Positions 1 through 14,000 of a stretch of DNA of 64,000 nucleotides are shown piece by piece; within the stretch, counting starts at the first letter, position 1, and each line of letters begins with the position of its first letter. The stretch spans positions 17,360,001 to 17,424,000 of the forward strand of contig CM060733.1 in the NCBI GenBank assembly GCA_030704615.1, in the 5' to 3' direction. Made by a program: the position numbers and the translations under genes. The notes beneath the pieces were generated by a model. That model saw nothing but the letters and a program-made list of their open reading frames with translations, was not told the origin of the DNA and ran no database searches. Source of the stretch: Takakia lepidozioides. Its lineage: Eukaryota > Plantae > Bryophyta.

Positions 1-680
1 GATTGTGAAAGGCAGAGAAGAAACGCAATGGAACAGTAGAAGCAGCGGGGGTTTACTATAACTAGCTCTCTGCTACTGCCTACACACGCTCAGTTAGGCA
101 CTAACCTATTCTGTTATTTTAGGTTCGAATCATTCCGAACCTATCCTTTAACAGCAGGTTCGAATCCATGGCGGACAGGTCGGGACGCCGTCATCAACGT
201 CTCCTCCTCCCAACTCCCAGAGCTGTCTGTGCATGGAGTTGAGAACTGAGAAGCCCAGGTCTATATATTCCCTTCTATCTGTCCTGCTTCGTTCCATAAC
301 TACTCTCATCAGTGCAGTAGTGCATGTGTTTTATGTTGCAGGCCAGTTGCCAAACAAGAGAAGCAGGGAGGTGTGTATATGCACATAGCCAGAGTCTGCA
401 AGGTGAGATGCCCCTTTGTTGTTCAGTATGGATCCCGAGTTCCATGGTCATATATATATACCCAGTGGTTTCTGTGCAAGCACATTACAGTAGGTTTCCG
501 TTCAGGGTCCAGTGCTGGGAACCTGTAGAAGCATGCGTGAAGGAGTGCGAGTGAGTACCAGCAAGAGCGAATTTTCAACCCGAGGCACAATCTTGTGCAC
601 GGGTTAGTTGAATTATGTAAATTTTACAACTACAACTGGTCAAACATAGGGTTGTCTTATCGTTCTACTCTGATGCGCTT

Positions 681-2351
681 CTAAGATGGATTCACTTGAT
701 GACAATTGGTTCGAATTTGGCCTGCACTCCCCGTCAAAACATTGGCTGATGTGAGCTTCAGAAAGGCTGATGTAAAGGTATCAAAAAACAATTGCTGGCT
801 GCCTGCGAATTCAGCAACAATGGGCATTGTCCTGGGATCCAGAGCCAGCTCGGAGTCGATGGTGAAGAGGCCGCGCCCATTGAGCAGGTCCTTGAAATAC
901 CGGTTATCGAATAGAACGTTCGTCGAGTCGATTGGAATGAATGTAATGTTAGTGAATGGCACCCGCGTGGGGCAAGCAGCACGCAGCTGTAAAGAGAACG
1001 GCAACTTTAGATTTGGATCCTGCTGTGGATACAACCGATTGTTCACGTTGACGCAATGCCCTACTCCCAATGTATGGGCACCTGCATCACCAACAGCCAC
1101 TCTCTCAGCTTTCTTTCTCACTCTGTCTGAAGTCTACAGTTTACTCTCCTTCAATGCGCTCGCTTTCAAGTATGAGATGCCTGGCAGCTACCTCCTCCCT
1201 GTGCATGACTCAATCACGATCCCCATCTGTCTTTTACTCTCAGTACGAAGCCACATAACCTGTGGTTGATTAGGCAAGGTCTAAATAACACATGTGCAGG
1301 ATGTTCCAATTTAACTGAAGATTCGTCTTGACTGATGTGTACTGTAATCTCCTTTAAAACCAAAAAACAATCCACTCCATATAAGGGACATCCAGGTATA
1401 GATAAATTGTGGCACGAACCCATAATTGCGACGCTTTCCTGCAGGTTCATGCCAAAGGATTGGAAGACGCTGAGAAATCCGTCCACACTGACTGTGGCCG
1501 GTGGAAGCTGCGAGTCAGCTTTTAAGTTGCTTGCAGACACAGCATCCCGGCGCCCTAAGAGAATGGGAATAGAAGGGCCACCTGAGATGGACACCACATC
1601 CCTTCCTACCATGGCAATGACGTCTGCACAAGATACGGTATTGGGACACACCCTATCCAAAGCTGCCTTCACACGGTCGATCAAATCCAGTCGCCGTATA
1701 CCGAAATTTCTACCGGACACCATTTCGCTTGTTATGGCGCCGTTTGAGTCTAGCAGTATTGAAGCATCACAAGCCTGCACACCCTCATGGACCCCACAGA
1801 CTGTGTTACTAAATACCTTGGGAGTAGATCTTGCATAATTTATCCTTTGGCGCATACAGCAAGTGCACCCGCTTTTTGCATTACGGGGACAGGCTAATAC
1901 TCCCAGAGCCTTCAGTCTTTAACAAATCGGAAACCGAGTGGAGGCTTGACTGTTTGTTTGAAGAGCTCATTCCATAGAATCATCATCCGTCTTCAGCAAG
2001 CGGATTGGAACTTAGAATGGTAGAGCTGCAAGCGGGATCAATGGGTCCAGTGATGACGAGAGGCTCTACTTGACGAGAATTCTAGGTGGGCGGATCGAAA
2101 CAAATTGTTCAAAGGAAGTATTAATGTTCAACACATACCTGCACTCGACAGTCGTGGAAAACTAAGCGGAGCAGCGCCCCAGGAGCAGTGACGTCTGTGA
2201 GCAACGAGGCGGCCAATGTAACTCTAGCCACCCTCTCTGCCTGGGGGCAGGTGGAGTAGTATCCAGCTTTCAGTTGAGCTGCGGCATTGCCCAACAAAAG
2301 CAGCGCTACCATCGGCCACAGTAGCACGTACCAGACATTTTGGAGCCCCAT
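681..2351 (-). CDS. Class III (secretory) plant peroxidase, 3 exons: 2351-2139, 1774-1420, 1081-681
   Basis: Signal peptide, distal RLVFHDC, (G/A)CDASILL, VSCAD, GRRDA, proximal GAHTLG, FDNRYF and C-terminal GQIRTNC motifs. GT-AG introns join the exons into a 969-nt open frame. Confidence 0.95.
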
Positions 2352-5300
2352 GTTGAGCAACTAAGTATATACAAGAACTCTCTTTTGATACCCACTGCAC
2401 GAAGCGAAGGAAACTTCAACCTGCTACTGAGCTCACGGTGTCCGGCGCTACTCTGCTTACTACTACTGTTCACTACTCCGGGCCCCCAGCTTTGAAGTAC
2501 TGCAGGAGAAAGAGCGTCCTGCGGGACCTGGCACGCGGTGCGCACTGGTAACCGATCAGCGCCTTCCCGTCTGCAACACTCTTCTGACATGACAGATCTC
2601 TTTGTGAAAGCAAATGACATATCCATTGTAGTTGATAAACCAGTTTCTTGCTGCCATCAAAGGCCGCCGGCTGTTTCTCGATAGTTTCCTCCATGCTCTT
2701 CGCATTTAATTTTCATCAGCCGAATCTACCTTCACCTTTTAGTGTTTCAGTCCGGAGTTGGCGCACTGCGCAGCCGAGCTTCCCAGGCTATTATTAACCA
2801 ACTGCTCTGTGTAATTTTGCTAGAAATGAGATCAGCTGTCCATACGATACTGTATTACGAAACAAGTCTAGAACTTAGCATTTAAAGAACACGATTGGTA
2901 GCTTCCATGCAAAGGTCTTCTTTCCACAGCTGTGCAGTGTGCACGGTGGTAGATGCAGCTCCTGCCGCCACACCGTACACGGACTTTCACAGCGGCACAA
3001 GCCTGCACACTCTAGCCACGTTTATGAGCCTTATTCCTGACATTCATTGTCGGTGCTGGATAAAGCTACCTAGGACCTACCATCATAGAAGCTAAAAGAT
3101 AAGCTGGGACGCCCTCAACTGTGAGTTCCCTCCGCTTTCCAGTTGACTTCTGACAAGCCAAGCCCACCTCCTTTACGGGTCGGTGCCCGCATCCTCCGAC
3201 TCCTATCTAGAGGAATGGAATATGAGCTGCCATGTTTATAGTCCCTTTCCCCAACTCAAGGATCAAACACTATTTTAGGCAGCAGGATTTGTAATCCATC
3301 TTGCTGATGATGGAGAAACCCAAAGCCCATGCGGGAAAACGCCAGAGGAGTTGGGCAATGAATCCTGGAATCTCAGTGACCAGCTGCTCATCAGGTGGGC
3401 AATAACTTACACAACCCAAGTTGAGATCATAGCACTGATAGCAGCTCGCATCCGCAACGCGGCTTTCATTGATGGTTATCAAATTCTTTATTAGATGTGA
3501 TCAGTGATCACACTTCCGAAGTCAAATCCAATGCTGCCAAGCTGGAATCCCCGTAGCTACAGGCCTTCGAGTAGGTAGATTGTAAATTGTGAAGCGCAGA
3601 TTTCAAAGCTCAACAATACTCGTGCGCCATTGGAAAGCTTTTGAACCGAGGCACTCGAAGAGCTTCATGACAATTATGAAGCAACCTGTCTTTTGAAGCA
3701 AAGGGGACAGAGTCGAGGCCGTGTGTAAGGAGGCCATGACCTAGGGCAGGCTCTCAACTGGGAAGGCAGGATCACCAGTAAATGGTTGAAGCTTGCACCA
3801 AGCCTACCCTTTCATGACCTCAAGGCTGAATCTACACCAATAAAATGCTCATAGAATACAAAACATATATATTTTTATTTAATGTAAAAATATTATTTCT
3901 ACGTTTTAAGTTGATTCAGGCTGCAGGCTGTCTGTTTTTTTCTCATGGTTCACTATAATGGAGGCGCGCATCGATGTGTAGTGAATTTTAAACTCAACGA
4001 CACGGCTTCATTTCCACTTCCTTCCTCTCCAAGCCTCCCACGACCCCACACTATTGGCTGTTCCCACAGTGTCCGATTTTTCTAACCTTCCCAAACTCCC
4101 CAAATGAGTTGGGTAGATAGAAGGCCTCCTGATCAATTAAAGCAAGGGAAAAAAAACTTGCTCTTTAGGTTTCTCTTAAACCCTCAAGTGCCCCAATCTG
4201 GTTTTTGTTTTTACTCCTGTAAGTTTTTGGGATTTACTGTGATGGGGGTAACATTGACTGCCAGCAGGTCAAAAGTCAAAACGTGATTTGTTATTTGTTA
4301 TCAATTTTATAAATAGTTCGAAGCAGCTTTTTTGGGTTCCGGGCTGCAGCATCTCGCTGCCCCAGCTGCCCAGAACTGCATACGTGGCACCAAACTATGG
4401 GAGATATGGAGCACGTGTTGGCGGCAAAGTGATGGGGTGTGGGCATGTGTAACAGGTGCGCCCCACTTTTACTTTAGGGCAGGCCCAATAATGGCCTCAA
4501 AATGGGCAAAACTGAAGCGCGTGAGTAAATGGATGTGTTTTTGAAACATCCAATTGGGAGGATTTTCCATCCAAGAAATCATTCCACTTAAAATTAAAAT
4601 TGAGGAACAACAAAATGCATTTCAGGTCCTAAAGATGAATGAGAATCCGTATTTCATCCAAATGGGATGAAATTGATGAGTAGGGTGCTACTATAGGTGT
4701 ACACTTCCTTTTGCTGGAAATCAAGTAAACCAGTGGTGTCCCCAAGCAGGATGTCAGCCCCAGCTATTGTGGATTACAATTTACAACCAGTGTTTTTTTC
4801 TCTATCTAAAAATCATCTGATTTCGACTTGGAAAATGGGTTAGCTACTTGTATAAAGGACTTGTGGGGTTAAAAACTAGTGTTGGGTGGTCCATAGCTTT
4901 TTGTTAAACCCTAATGGACGAACCTGTTTTGGGGGGGACCCACTCCAAAACGGAGGACACCCTCATGGATTAGGGTATATCTCTCATCAAACAAACATCC
5001 ACAGGGATGAACCGTATGAAAGGCAGGCTACCTACTTCATCCACCTGCTGTAAAAATTTCATGTCATTTGACCGTGCCATTAGGAAGATTATAACAAAAT
5101 TCCCAGCCCAAAATGTGCAGTGTACTCCAATTTGAGAGTGAAAAAATGGTTTGACCAAGAAATTTTGCTACCAAAATGATTTTTCAAGGATACACCCCAC
5201 CCGCATTCTGATTATGAGGCACCTAAAGCATGTTGCCCCTAAATTTCAAAGCTGAATTCTAAAAATCTAAGAAGGGTTGCTTTGTATTGAAAAAATAGCG

Positions 5301-5506
5301 GGGTCAAAAACACCATAAAGTAGAATTGACCTGTAATTCAGCCTTAGTGTGTCCAAATTTCCATTGGAACTACAATTTGCTTGGTCAAATTGTTCTTGAA
5401 TGAAGATGAGACACCAACGGATGAGCAATGGGTGGCGAGGGATGACCGAAGGTGCTAAACGTCATCCATGCCGTCGTCGAGTCCACAGGCTTTGGAAGAA
5501 TTTCAT

Positions 5507-5910
5507 TCACCATGCCGACTGACCGTTGAGCTTTTCTAATTCGGGCAGCTCGCCTGCCTCATCACACCCCTCCAAGTCCAGCCTTCCAAGTCTCTTAAGT
5601 TCCCATATACAGTCAGCCAGCCCCGTGAGTCCCTCACACCCAAGTACGTTGAGCTTTTCTAATTGGGTGAGGAGGAGATGACTCGGGCAGCTTGCGTAGC
5701 TTACCACACCTTCTCAAGTAGAGCATTTGCAGTCTCTCAAGTTTCCCCATCTGCGCAGGCAGCTCCGTAAGCCCCCGACATTCATCTAGGTCCCAGTTCG
5801 CCGAATTGCAGGCCATGGAAGAACACAACATCCAAGCTTGTCTCCTGAGCCTCACGGTCGGGCGGCCATAACTGATGAATCTGCAGTGTGAATTCCATGA
5901 AAGGTGAAGA
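5507..5910 (-). pseudogene. Remnant of an alpha/beta-hydrolase-NB-LRR-type resistance gene (N-terminal hydrolase fragment joined to LRRs)
   Basis: IHQLWPP...LDVVFFHGLQ followed directly by frameshifted LRR units (LERLQMLYLRRCGKLRKLPES, LKRLGRLDLEGC). No NB-ARC region is visible. Confidence 0.55.
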
Positions 5911-8900
5911 CCAAGTACACAACTTCAACCTATTCAACCCACAACAAGACGAAAAGAATTTGGGAGATGGAGCAGTTGAGTTGATCATCTACTCCTGAAG
6001 ATAGTAACAAAGTTGACAAGGCTATGCTTTCTTACATGGGCAAAGCACGCATCCATTCGTATTATACCAGTTTAGATCTGCCCAATTGAAACAAATGTAC
6101 GGCATGCACTTCCAGTTGATCATCCACCCGCCGACCAGATTTCCGAGCCACAGATTCTAATCGTTAGTCCAAAAACATACGTGTCGGTTTTCCATAGGTA
6201 GAGTCTGATTCCTGGGTGAAGGCTAGAAAACACTTTAAATTCATCTTGAGGTCGCCGGTGTGCTGAGACAACAGTCGAGAACTGTTTGGAGAAAAAACAA
6301 AACAAAACAAAAAAACTCTAAAAACTTTTTACGAATGAATTTCTTAGCTTGCTAACATCTAGTCGGTGACTCCCTAAGTATAGACAAGCATAAATGGAAA
6401 GCAGATCGCTGACTCGGATGCTGGCACCTTTGCCTCACCCCACCCCCAACCACAGCCACTAAGCACTATTAAGAATCAAGAGGGACACCCAACAAATGCA
6501 ATCACAGAGGAGGGCAACACGGCTGCAACTCAGCCAACCAAAAAAAGGAAAAGAAGTGCTGAGCTAGCCACATGGAACCACCCCAATAGGCCATCAGCCT
6601 TCTAATTCCCTGTCAGAATTATGGAGGCATGGGCCACTTTCCCCTTCTCTAACATCAGTTGGATAGCAGCAGCCTTGCAGTTTCTATCCTGGAGTTACAC
6701 TCATTTAAATCAAGGCAGCTGACAGGGTGGGCGCCAAGCTCAAACTACACAAGGGACAAAGCAGCCAGCTGTGTTACTCCCCTGCTTTACGCAATCATCA
6801 ACGATTACACGAACTTTTTCCTTTCTGCTGTCAAGGAGGGCTTCCAGTTTGCTTGGGTCTCCGCTCGGCCACAGCCAAAGAATCTGGTTTGGGAAGAGAA
6901 AGGGAGTTAACGCTGGCGCTTACGAAGGAAGTTCTCGAGGACTACTTCCCTAATCTGAACCTGACTCTTTCTCATATTCAGCACATTGGAATCATGGTTG
7001 AGCATAATCCCTTGCATCCCGACTTAGCGATTGTTCATGTGATGCCAGTTTTGTACAATAGGGATCTGGATACCACTGGGAACCATAATTCTTGGCTTTG
7101 GGTGTGCAAAGCATATCTATTTTGCAGGGTCAAAGATCCCACCGAATGGGCCAGAAGCATAAGATTCTTTGAAGAAGGTTTCCACCTGGCAGATGAGCAC
7201 TACAACTTGCAGAAGATGAAAGGAATCGCTCCAGTTCCGGAGGTGAACAATCATCGTGAGCTGGTGCTGAGGGTGGAGAACAACTTCAACTCATCATTTA
7301 CGTGCTGCCAGAAAATAACATTACCTTCTTGATGCCGGAAGAGACTGTCGACCCCCCCGGTAAGCATGACTCCCCATCATGCTTGCTCCCCCCTCTTCTT
7401 CGTTGTTCCTCATGCTACAGATCAGAAAAGGGTCTGGACTCTCCTCATTAAGTGCCCCTCTCTGGTGCAAAGACTGCTCCCTGCACCCTACCCTCCTCTC
7501 CCCCTGCATTGCTTCTCCTCTCGTCTGCTTTATCTTGGAACCTCTCTGCAGAAGGATTCTCACTGCAAAAGAACAATAGTCATCATTGTCTCTGTCAGGG
7601 TTGTACGAACAAAAGGAAAAAAGCTCTCAATGTATTCACCTGGAAGCTTCCCTTCATGTACAAAGCCCCTACGGGATTCAGATGGGTATCCACCCGGCCG
7701 CCAGCTGACAGACGTTCTAAATTTTTTTTACACACCTTCATGGCCATCAAATCTTGGCAATCCCAAGGGGCTTCCCCCCTCCTTCTCATGAATATCTCTA
7801 TTTGCTCATGGAATGTTAGAGGTTTGGGTTCTGATTACTCAGCCCCGAAAAGGGCTAGAGTCAGAAACTGGGCCTCTAACTACATTAGGGGCTCCTCTAT
7901 CCTCTTTCTACAAGAACACAAACTCACCCAATCCAAAATCTACTCTCTTGGAGGTTCACTGTGGCTAGCAGCTTCTGCTTACTGGAACCCCACCGTCATG
8001 GACTCCAGAGGGGGCACTTCACTGCTGGTGTCACCATCCCTACAACATACAATCATTGCAAATGAGATCTGGCTCAGAGGTCGTCTTCAATTTTTGTCTC
8101 TTAGCTTGGGTCAAACATTGGGCACTGTTGGAATCCTTAACATCTATGCACCCAATGAAATAGACGAAAGGGTTGCACTATGGTCTTTAATCAGGGACAA
8201 GCTATTGCAGCATTCTCATATTCAGCACTGGCTAATTGGGGGCGATATGAATATGGTGGAGGATGAGATTGACAGACAAGGGCCCTCCTCACATACTCTC
8301 TCCAAGATGAAAGAAACACCTGGGACTGAATGTGTTTCGCGATGGGTCTGCTGGATGCCACTGCACCGCTTCCTGGAGAGCTGCAACATACTTGGTCCAA
8401 CAACCGGACACCTCCAGACCTCTGCCAAGCCCGGTTGGATAGCTTCTACGGCACCCCCACTCTCCTCTCTTGGATCAGAAGAATACCAATCCAACCGATA
8501 ATGCCAGGCAATTACTGTCTTGCTTGGAACACCAGGGTCCAGTACAAGGGGCAGGGGGTTTTTCAAACTCAACCCACTGATTCTAAAGGATCCTCAGGTC
8601 ATACAAAAACTGCAAGAGGCTTGGCTAGCGGCAGTAGTGCCCTTCTCCTCTCCAACTCTCATTCTTTTATCAAAGCTGCGCATTCTCAGGAACTTATGCC
8701 AGGACATCTCAAGGAAGAAAGCGGAGGATGATAACTGCAAGCAAAAGGCATTAACCAAATGCTTGGAAGTGTGCCAGTTCCAGCTCCAAAGTGGACATGA
8801 GGGCCCCTACACAATGACCTCCTATGTCAAAGCAAAATGAATCTCTCCCAACTGCTGCATGACAAGGAACAATTCATGCGGGTGAGGGCGGGGGTGAATT

Positions 8901-11015
8901 GGTCACTAAAGGGTGTAAAAATGACAAGGTATTTCTTCATCAAAGCTGCCCAAAGAAGGTATGCCACAATGGTCCCAGCCTTGTTGGATCCTGCCTCGGG
9001 GCTGTCCACATATAATCCTAAGAGAATGGCGGCAATGGCTGCAGGCTATTTTGAGGAGCTCTGTAGCAGGCAGCAGGCCTCACCAGCCAAGGATACAGCA
9101 AAAGAAATCCTCCTTCAACACATCCCCTGCGTGCTTTCTGAAAGTGACAAGGCTGATATTGCTGCCCCTTTTACAGCAGATGAACTGGGAAAGGCTGGGG
9201 AGACAATGGCATCAATGAAATCCCCTGGTATGGATGGCCTCCCTATTGAATTTTTCAAGGCACTGTGGTTGACTATCAGTGCAGATTTCTTGGCAATGGC
9301 CAATGATATATTGGAGAAGAAAATCATGCCATCTCAGATCTCGGAAGGGCTGGTCACCCTCATTTTTTAAAAGGGGCAAAGAGACATTGTGGCCAATTAT
9401 CGACCTATCACCTTACTCAACAACACCTACAACATTGTGGCAAAGGCCCTGGCTTAGGGCTGCAGCCCCTTCTTCCGAAGATCATAAGGAGAGATCAAAC
9501 CGGGTTCCTTAAAGAACGTATGATCTTGGATAACATTTTGCTAGCATATGAGGCCCTTCACAGAGCCCACATCAACAACCAGCCCCTGGCCTATCTGATG
9601 CTGGATTTTGAGAAGGCCTTCGACTCAATTGACTGGGACTTCCTTCTAAGGGCTCTGGAAAAGTCGGGTTTGGGAGGACCTTTCGACACTTGGGTTCGCA
9701 TTCGGCACATAGGGAACATATGTGGGCGATGTTGTTGAATGATTGTGTGTGCAGAGACCGAATATACAATGGTTGTGGATGAGTTAATGAGGATGATAGA
9801 CAATGAATGTGGATGCCACGCTGCAAATGTGGATGAAAAGTTATGAATGAATGTGGATGAAATCTAATGGATGAATGGGAGTGGATGATTGTGCAATGAG
9901 AAAATCCCTCATGAAGCACATGATAAGATTTAACCAATGTTTGCCATTTGGGGAAAGGTCGACCGATGAAACCTACGTAGAATAAGACAACACAGTAGAT
10001 GCCAGGCACATATTCCATTCTTTGATATTTTCCCACTGGTTACACAGGAGCATTTTCCATGTGCAGCAAGCTTCACTTTTGTTTTCCTCTTCTGTGTCGA
10101 CACATAGTGAGCCATTTGAGCACCACACTGGAGGAACGCACCATATCACCACACTGAAGTGACTGTGGACTGTCAATGCGACCTGGTCGCCTTGCTAGTG
10201 AGGTACAATGTGCTAATGTCTCTCAATAGAGCACCAACATTTTCAAGCTTATTCATTAGTTGTAAGTATACCCATTAAAGTTGTGCATGACGAGTTCCAA
10301 GTCTTTCACATTGTGCAACAAATTTTGATGAAACCACTTGGCAGCACATGCGTACTCTTCCTGTTTGACCCATAACCAATGTTAGGCATCAGTGTCGTGC
10401 CCTTGATCTACCGCTGAAGCCGATAGTGCATACATACTGTAGCCATAAGGCTTGCACCTAAAACGTTTGCTCATGCAAAATGACAGAGTGATGCGAAATG
10501 AGGACATAAATACAGACAGAAGTCATATTTGCAAATGCATACAAGCCTTGAAATTGAGGAATGAGCGTTCAACGACATTACGAGGAACACACATGCATAT
10601 GCAGGCATTGTATTACATAAATGTGTGGGAACACAATAGGTGTGGCACTAGCCACATGCCTAGAACCAAAACCGGACTACATTGACGCATGGTCTCAATC
10701 ACTACAACTATCCCCTGAAACTGTGGCACTATCATCCACGAAAACCCGAGCTCCTAGGTGCATTTTCTGCTTCCGAGCACACGGGGGAGATTAGTTCAAT
10801 AACTGCTGTCGAGCAATGGTCTCGGCGTACTCAGGCAGGATGTACGAACATGGAGGGCTGCACCAAAAGTCAGACTGAAAAACACAGACGTCGTGCAAAG
10901 GAATAGCTTCCAATGTCCTGACAACCAACGTGAACGCAATGCATTAGTGAACATAGAAGAAAAGGGAATGGTGGGGGGTTGTGTTCGAGAACTAAGATTC
11001 ATACAGAATTTCAAC

Positions 11016-14000
11016 TTACTCACATGCGAAATCGTCGTCCAGGTCTTTGTCGTCCCCTTCGTTGATATCCACATGCACTATACCCTCATGTTCCTGGACG
11101 GCAGGGGCTGGCCCTTGCAAGCCTGCAATGATGTCATTGAAAATATCCGCATCCCCATCCATACCAAACAAATGCCTGCCCCTAGCCTTGCAAGCATGGT
11201 ACGAAGCGCCTACAAGACGTTGTACTGTTAGCAAGATGTAACAAACTCTGCAACAAGAAGAGAACACCAGAGAATGATCGGGGTCTAACCTGTCCCAAGA
11301 GTGAGGTCCACGATGTGCGACCCCGGATGAGAGCATGTCTCTATAATTGTCTGAATAAAAGTTGGGCTCTTCTCCTTCGCCCTTCTCCATGGTGTGGAAT
11401 TGGACTTTCTCAAACACACATTAGAATCCACGTAGTTGTAGTGAATGTCGTCCACTACATGATCAAACCTGTCGTTGATAAAACAACCTCCCCCATGAAG
11501 CTTGAATTCCTTCACTGACGCAAGAGTGGAAGGAGGGCGAATCCTGACGAGGCACACGGCTTCAAAAAGGCGGGTCTGCACAAAAAGACATCACGAAGCA
11601 CATAAGAGCAAATATGATTCAAAATCCCAAAAAGATGAGAGCGATTTCACCCCTCCGGAATTGAGCGCGTCAACACACTCAATTTCGGAGGGGTCAAATT
11701 GCACACAAATTGAAGCAGGAAAGAGAAGGAGGATTACCATTTGTCCCGGACAATCACCATTTGTTAGGTACAGGCTATTCACACCATTCCACGTTTTGAT
11801 GATCTTGATCCCTGAGGCCTTCAGATAGCTTGCAATCTCCCGACGACATTTCGTAGTGATGGACTGAATCATAACCAGAACCCCTCCATCCGACAGAAAG
11901 AACTTGCAAAAAGAGAAGACCGTCAAATGCATTCCAGGTTGGGTAAGTGCCAGTGGGGAGAATGTCTAGTATCGCCTGCCTGTCCGGAATGTCAACAATC
12001 ACCATGTCTGCAGCACACGGTTTTTGAGCACCATTCACCCAATCCCGCCCCGACGAAACCTGCAAACAGCGCCGACAAAATTTAAAACCATATCGAAGAT
12101 GGGAATAATTTTTGCAACAGTGAAGATGGGAATTTTGCTTACCGACTCCAGAAAAGCACTCATCTTAACCCACGTTGGAGAGGGATCTCCAGTGTAACCA
12201 CCTTTCCTGGTCTCCATCATGGCAAGGAAGGAGTCGTTCACAAGCTCGCATCTGCATTCTCGGTTGATTCGGGATGGGTGCTCCACTACGTCGTATGGCT
12301 CAAACTTCCCCTTGCGTTTGCGATCCTTGGTTGTAATTGGGGTCTGGGCACCAACACCTACTGCAGCATCCCCTTGGGTGCTCTTCTCCTTCCCTTTGTC
12401 CTTTGTGCCCTTTCCCTTCCCTTTCCCTTCCCCTTCCCTCTCGCCGGAGTGTTAATGGCTGCAGGTTCCTACTCAACGAGGTTTCACAGGTTCCTGTCAT
12501 GCAGAGCCAAGGCCTCCACATTGTCATTCTGGTTCCGTGTCTGCAACTCATACCATGGGCAATCTGATTTGGGTATGTCGAGATACCAGCAGCAGTCCTT
12601 GAGGTGATATCTACCGTAATCCATGAGGATTGCTGCAGTGTACATGGTCTGGCTGTTGGAGGAGTCAGCCACAAGTCGATGAAGCCTGGGTACTTGTTGA
12701 GGTTGTTCCCAGGAATCAGAACGTTCTTGATATACCTACAAAACAATGCAGGCACAGTATCAGAAAGTAAAGGAGAAACTACATGATGTGTGGCCCCTGA
12801 AATCTGTGTGTGTCAACGCACTTGGGGGTCCAAAAAAAGTTTACAAACACACACACAACGGGAAAACTTAAGAAACATCAGAGGACCATTGAAGATAGAG
12901 GTCAAACAACCAGAACTCAAACATGAAAAAACAACCAGATAGGCAACGGGTCTGCAAGAAATGAACCTGCATTGAATGAGACATAGGGAAAACAATCCAG
13001 AGATCCAACCCTCCAAAAATGCGTGCGGTGACGCACTCAATTTTGGAGGGTCCTAAAGGTAGAAGGTGAACCTGCTTAGTTCAAATGACCCACCTGTACA
13101 AGACCCTTTTCATGGCTCCCTCAGCTCCGAACTGCTGCTCGATCTCTTTCGTGTGGGATATGCCCCCCTCCCTGGCGAACTCTCTGAAGAAATAGTTACT
13201 CCACGCTGTCGCCTTCCACTTTCTCAAGTAATCCTCCAGAGTATCTTCGGGCAAGGTCATCGTCCTCTTGTAAGCATTTAGCTGCTTCTCCAGCACCTGG
13301 TTTGCACGAGCTTCAATCTGTCAAGAGACGCAATCCTCAACGTTAGAGTCCTTGCTAGGGAAGATCCTTCTGTAAATACAAGATAAGACAGTCCACAAGA
13401 TTACCTGGCTCCAGTACGTGGCTTTGTGCAGCCATGTATCAAAAACTTGATCACTGAAGGGCTTGATGTGGCCAGTGTTTTCGTCTCTTTCCCCCTTAGG
13501 GAAGCAATATGTATCCTTCACTGTTGGGTCATAATTCCAAATCTCCAACCATTTAACTTTCTGCTCGGAATCCACCACTGCAGTTGACAGTCGATGCAGC
13601 TTTTCCTGTGTCATCCCTGGCTTGGTATTGTTGTTCCAGTGGTTCCTCACCTCGTTCAAGAATTGAGGCCCAAAGGCAAGGTCAGCTATTCTCAGCTCTT
13701 TCACAAAGGCGCTCATGATCTTCTTCCGAGTCTCATTCATCTTTAACTTCATTGCTTCAGCCACTCCCTTCGATGTTCTTATCCCCTCGGGGGTTGTGAA
13801 GTAGTACTCTGCTTTAGCCCTCTCCCGAACCTCCGCTATCTCTTGCTGCAAAAAGCAATCCGAAATCAGATAACAGAATAATTTGAATTGTACTAGAAAA
13901 TGGAAGTGCTTAGTGATGTTATACTAACCGTGTACACGTATTCCATGAATGCTCCCCTTGTCAGCTTGTACCATGTGTCCGACGTTTTGGAGGTCTGGCA

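Noticed and set aside
121-168. Two GGTTCGAATC B-box-like motifs
   Set aside because: No A-box or tRNA fold nearby, and the region is too close to the window edge to interpret.
3790-5340. Possible non-autonomous element upstream of the peroxidase
   Set aside because: AT-rich and repeat-like, but no TIR/TSD pair or second copy could be established by eye.
6376-6383. AAGTATAG as the LINE target-site duplication (also at ~21859)
   Set aside because: The match is only 8 bp and A-rich, and the LINE 5' end is not independently defined.
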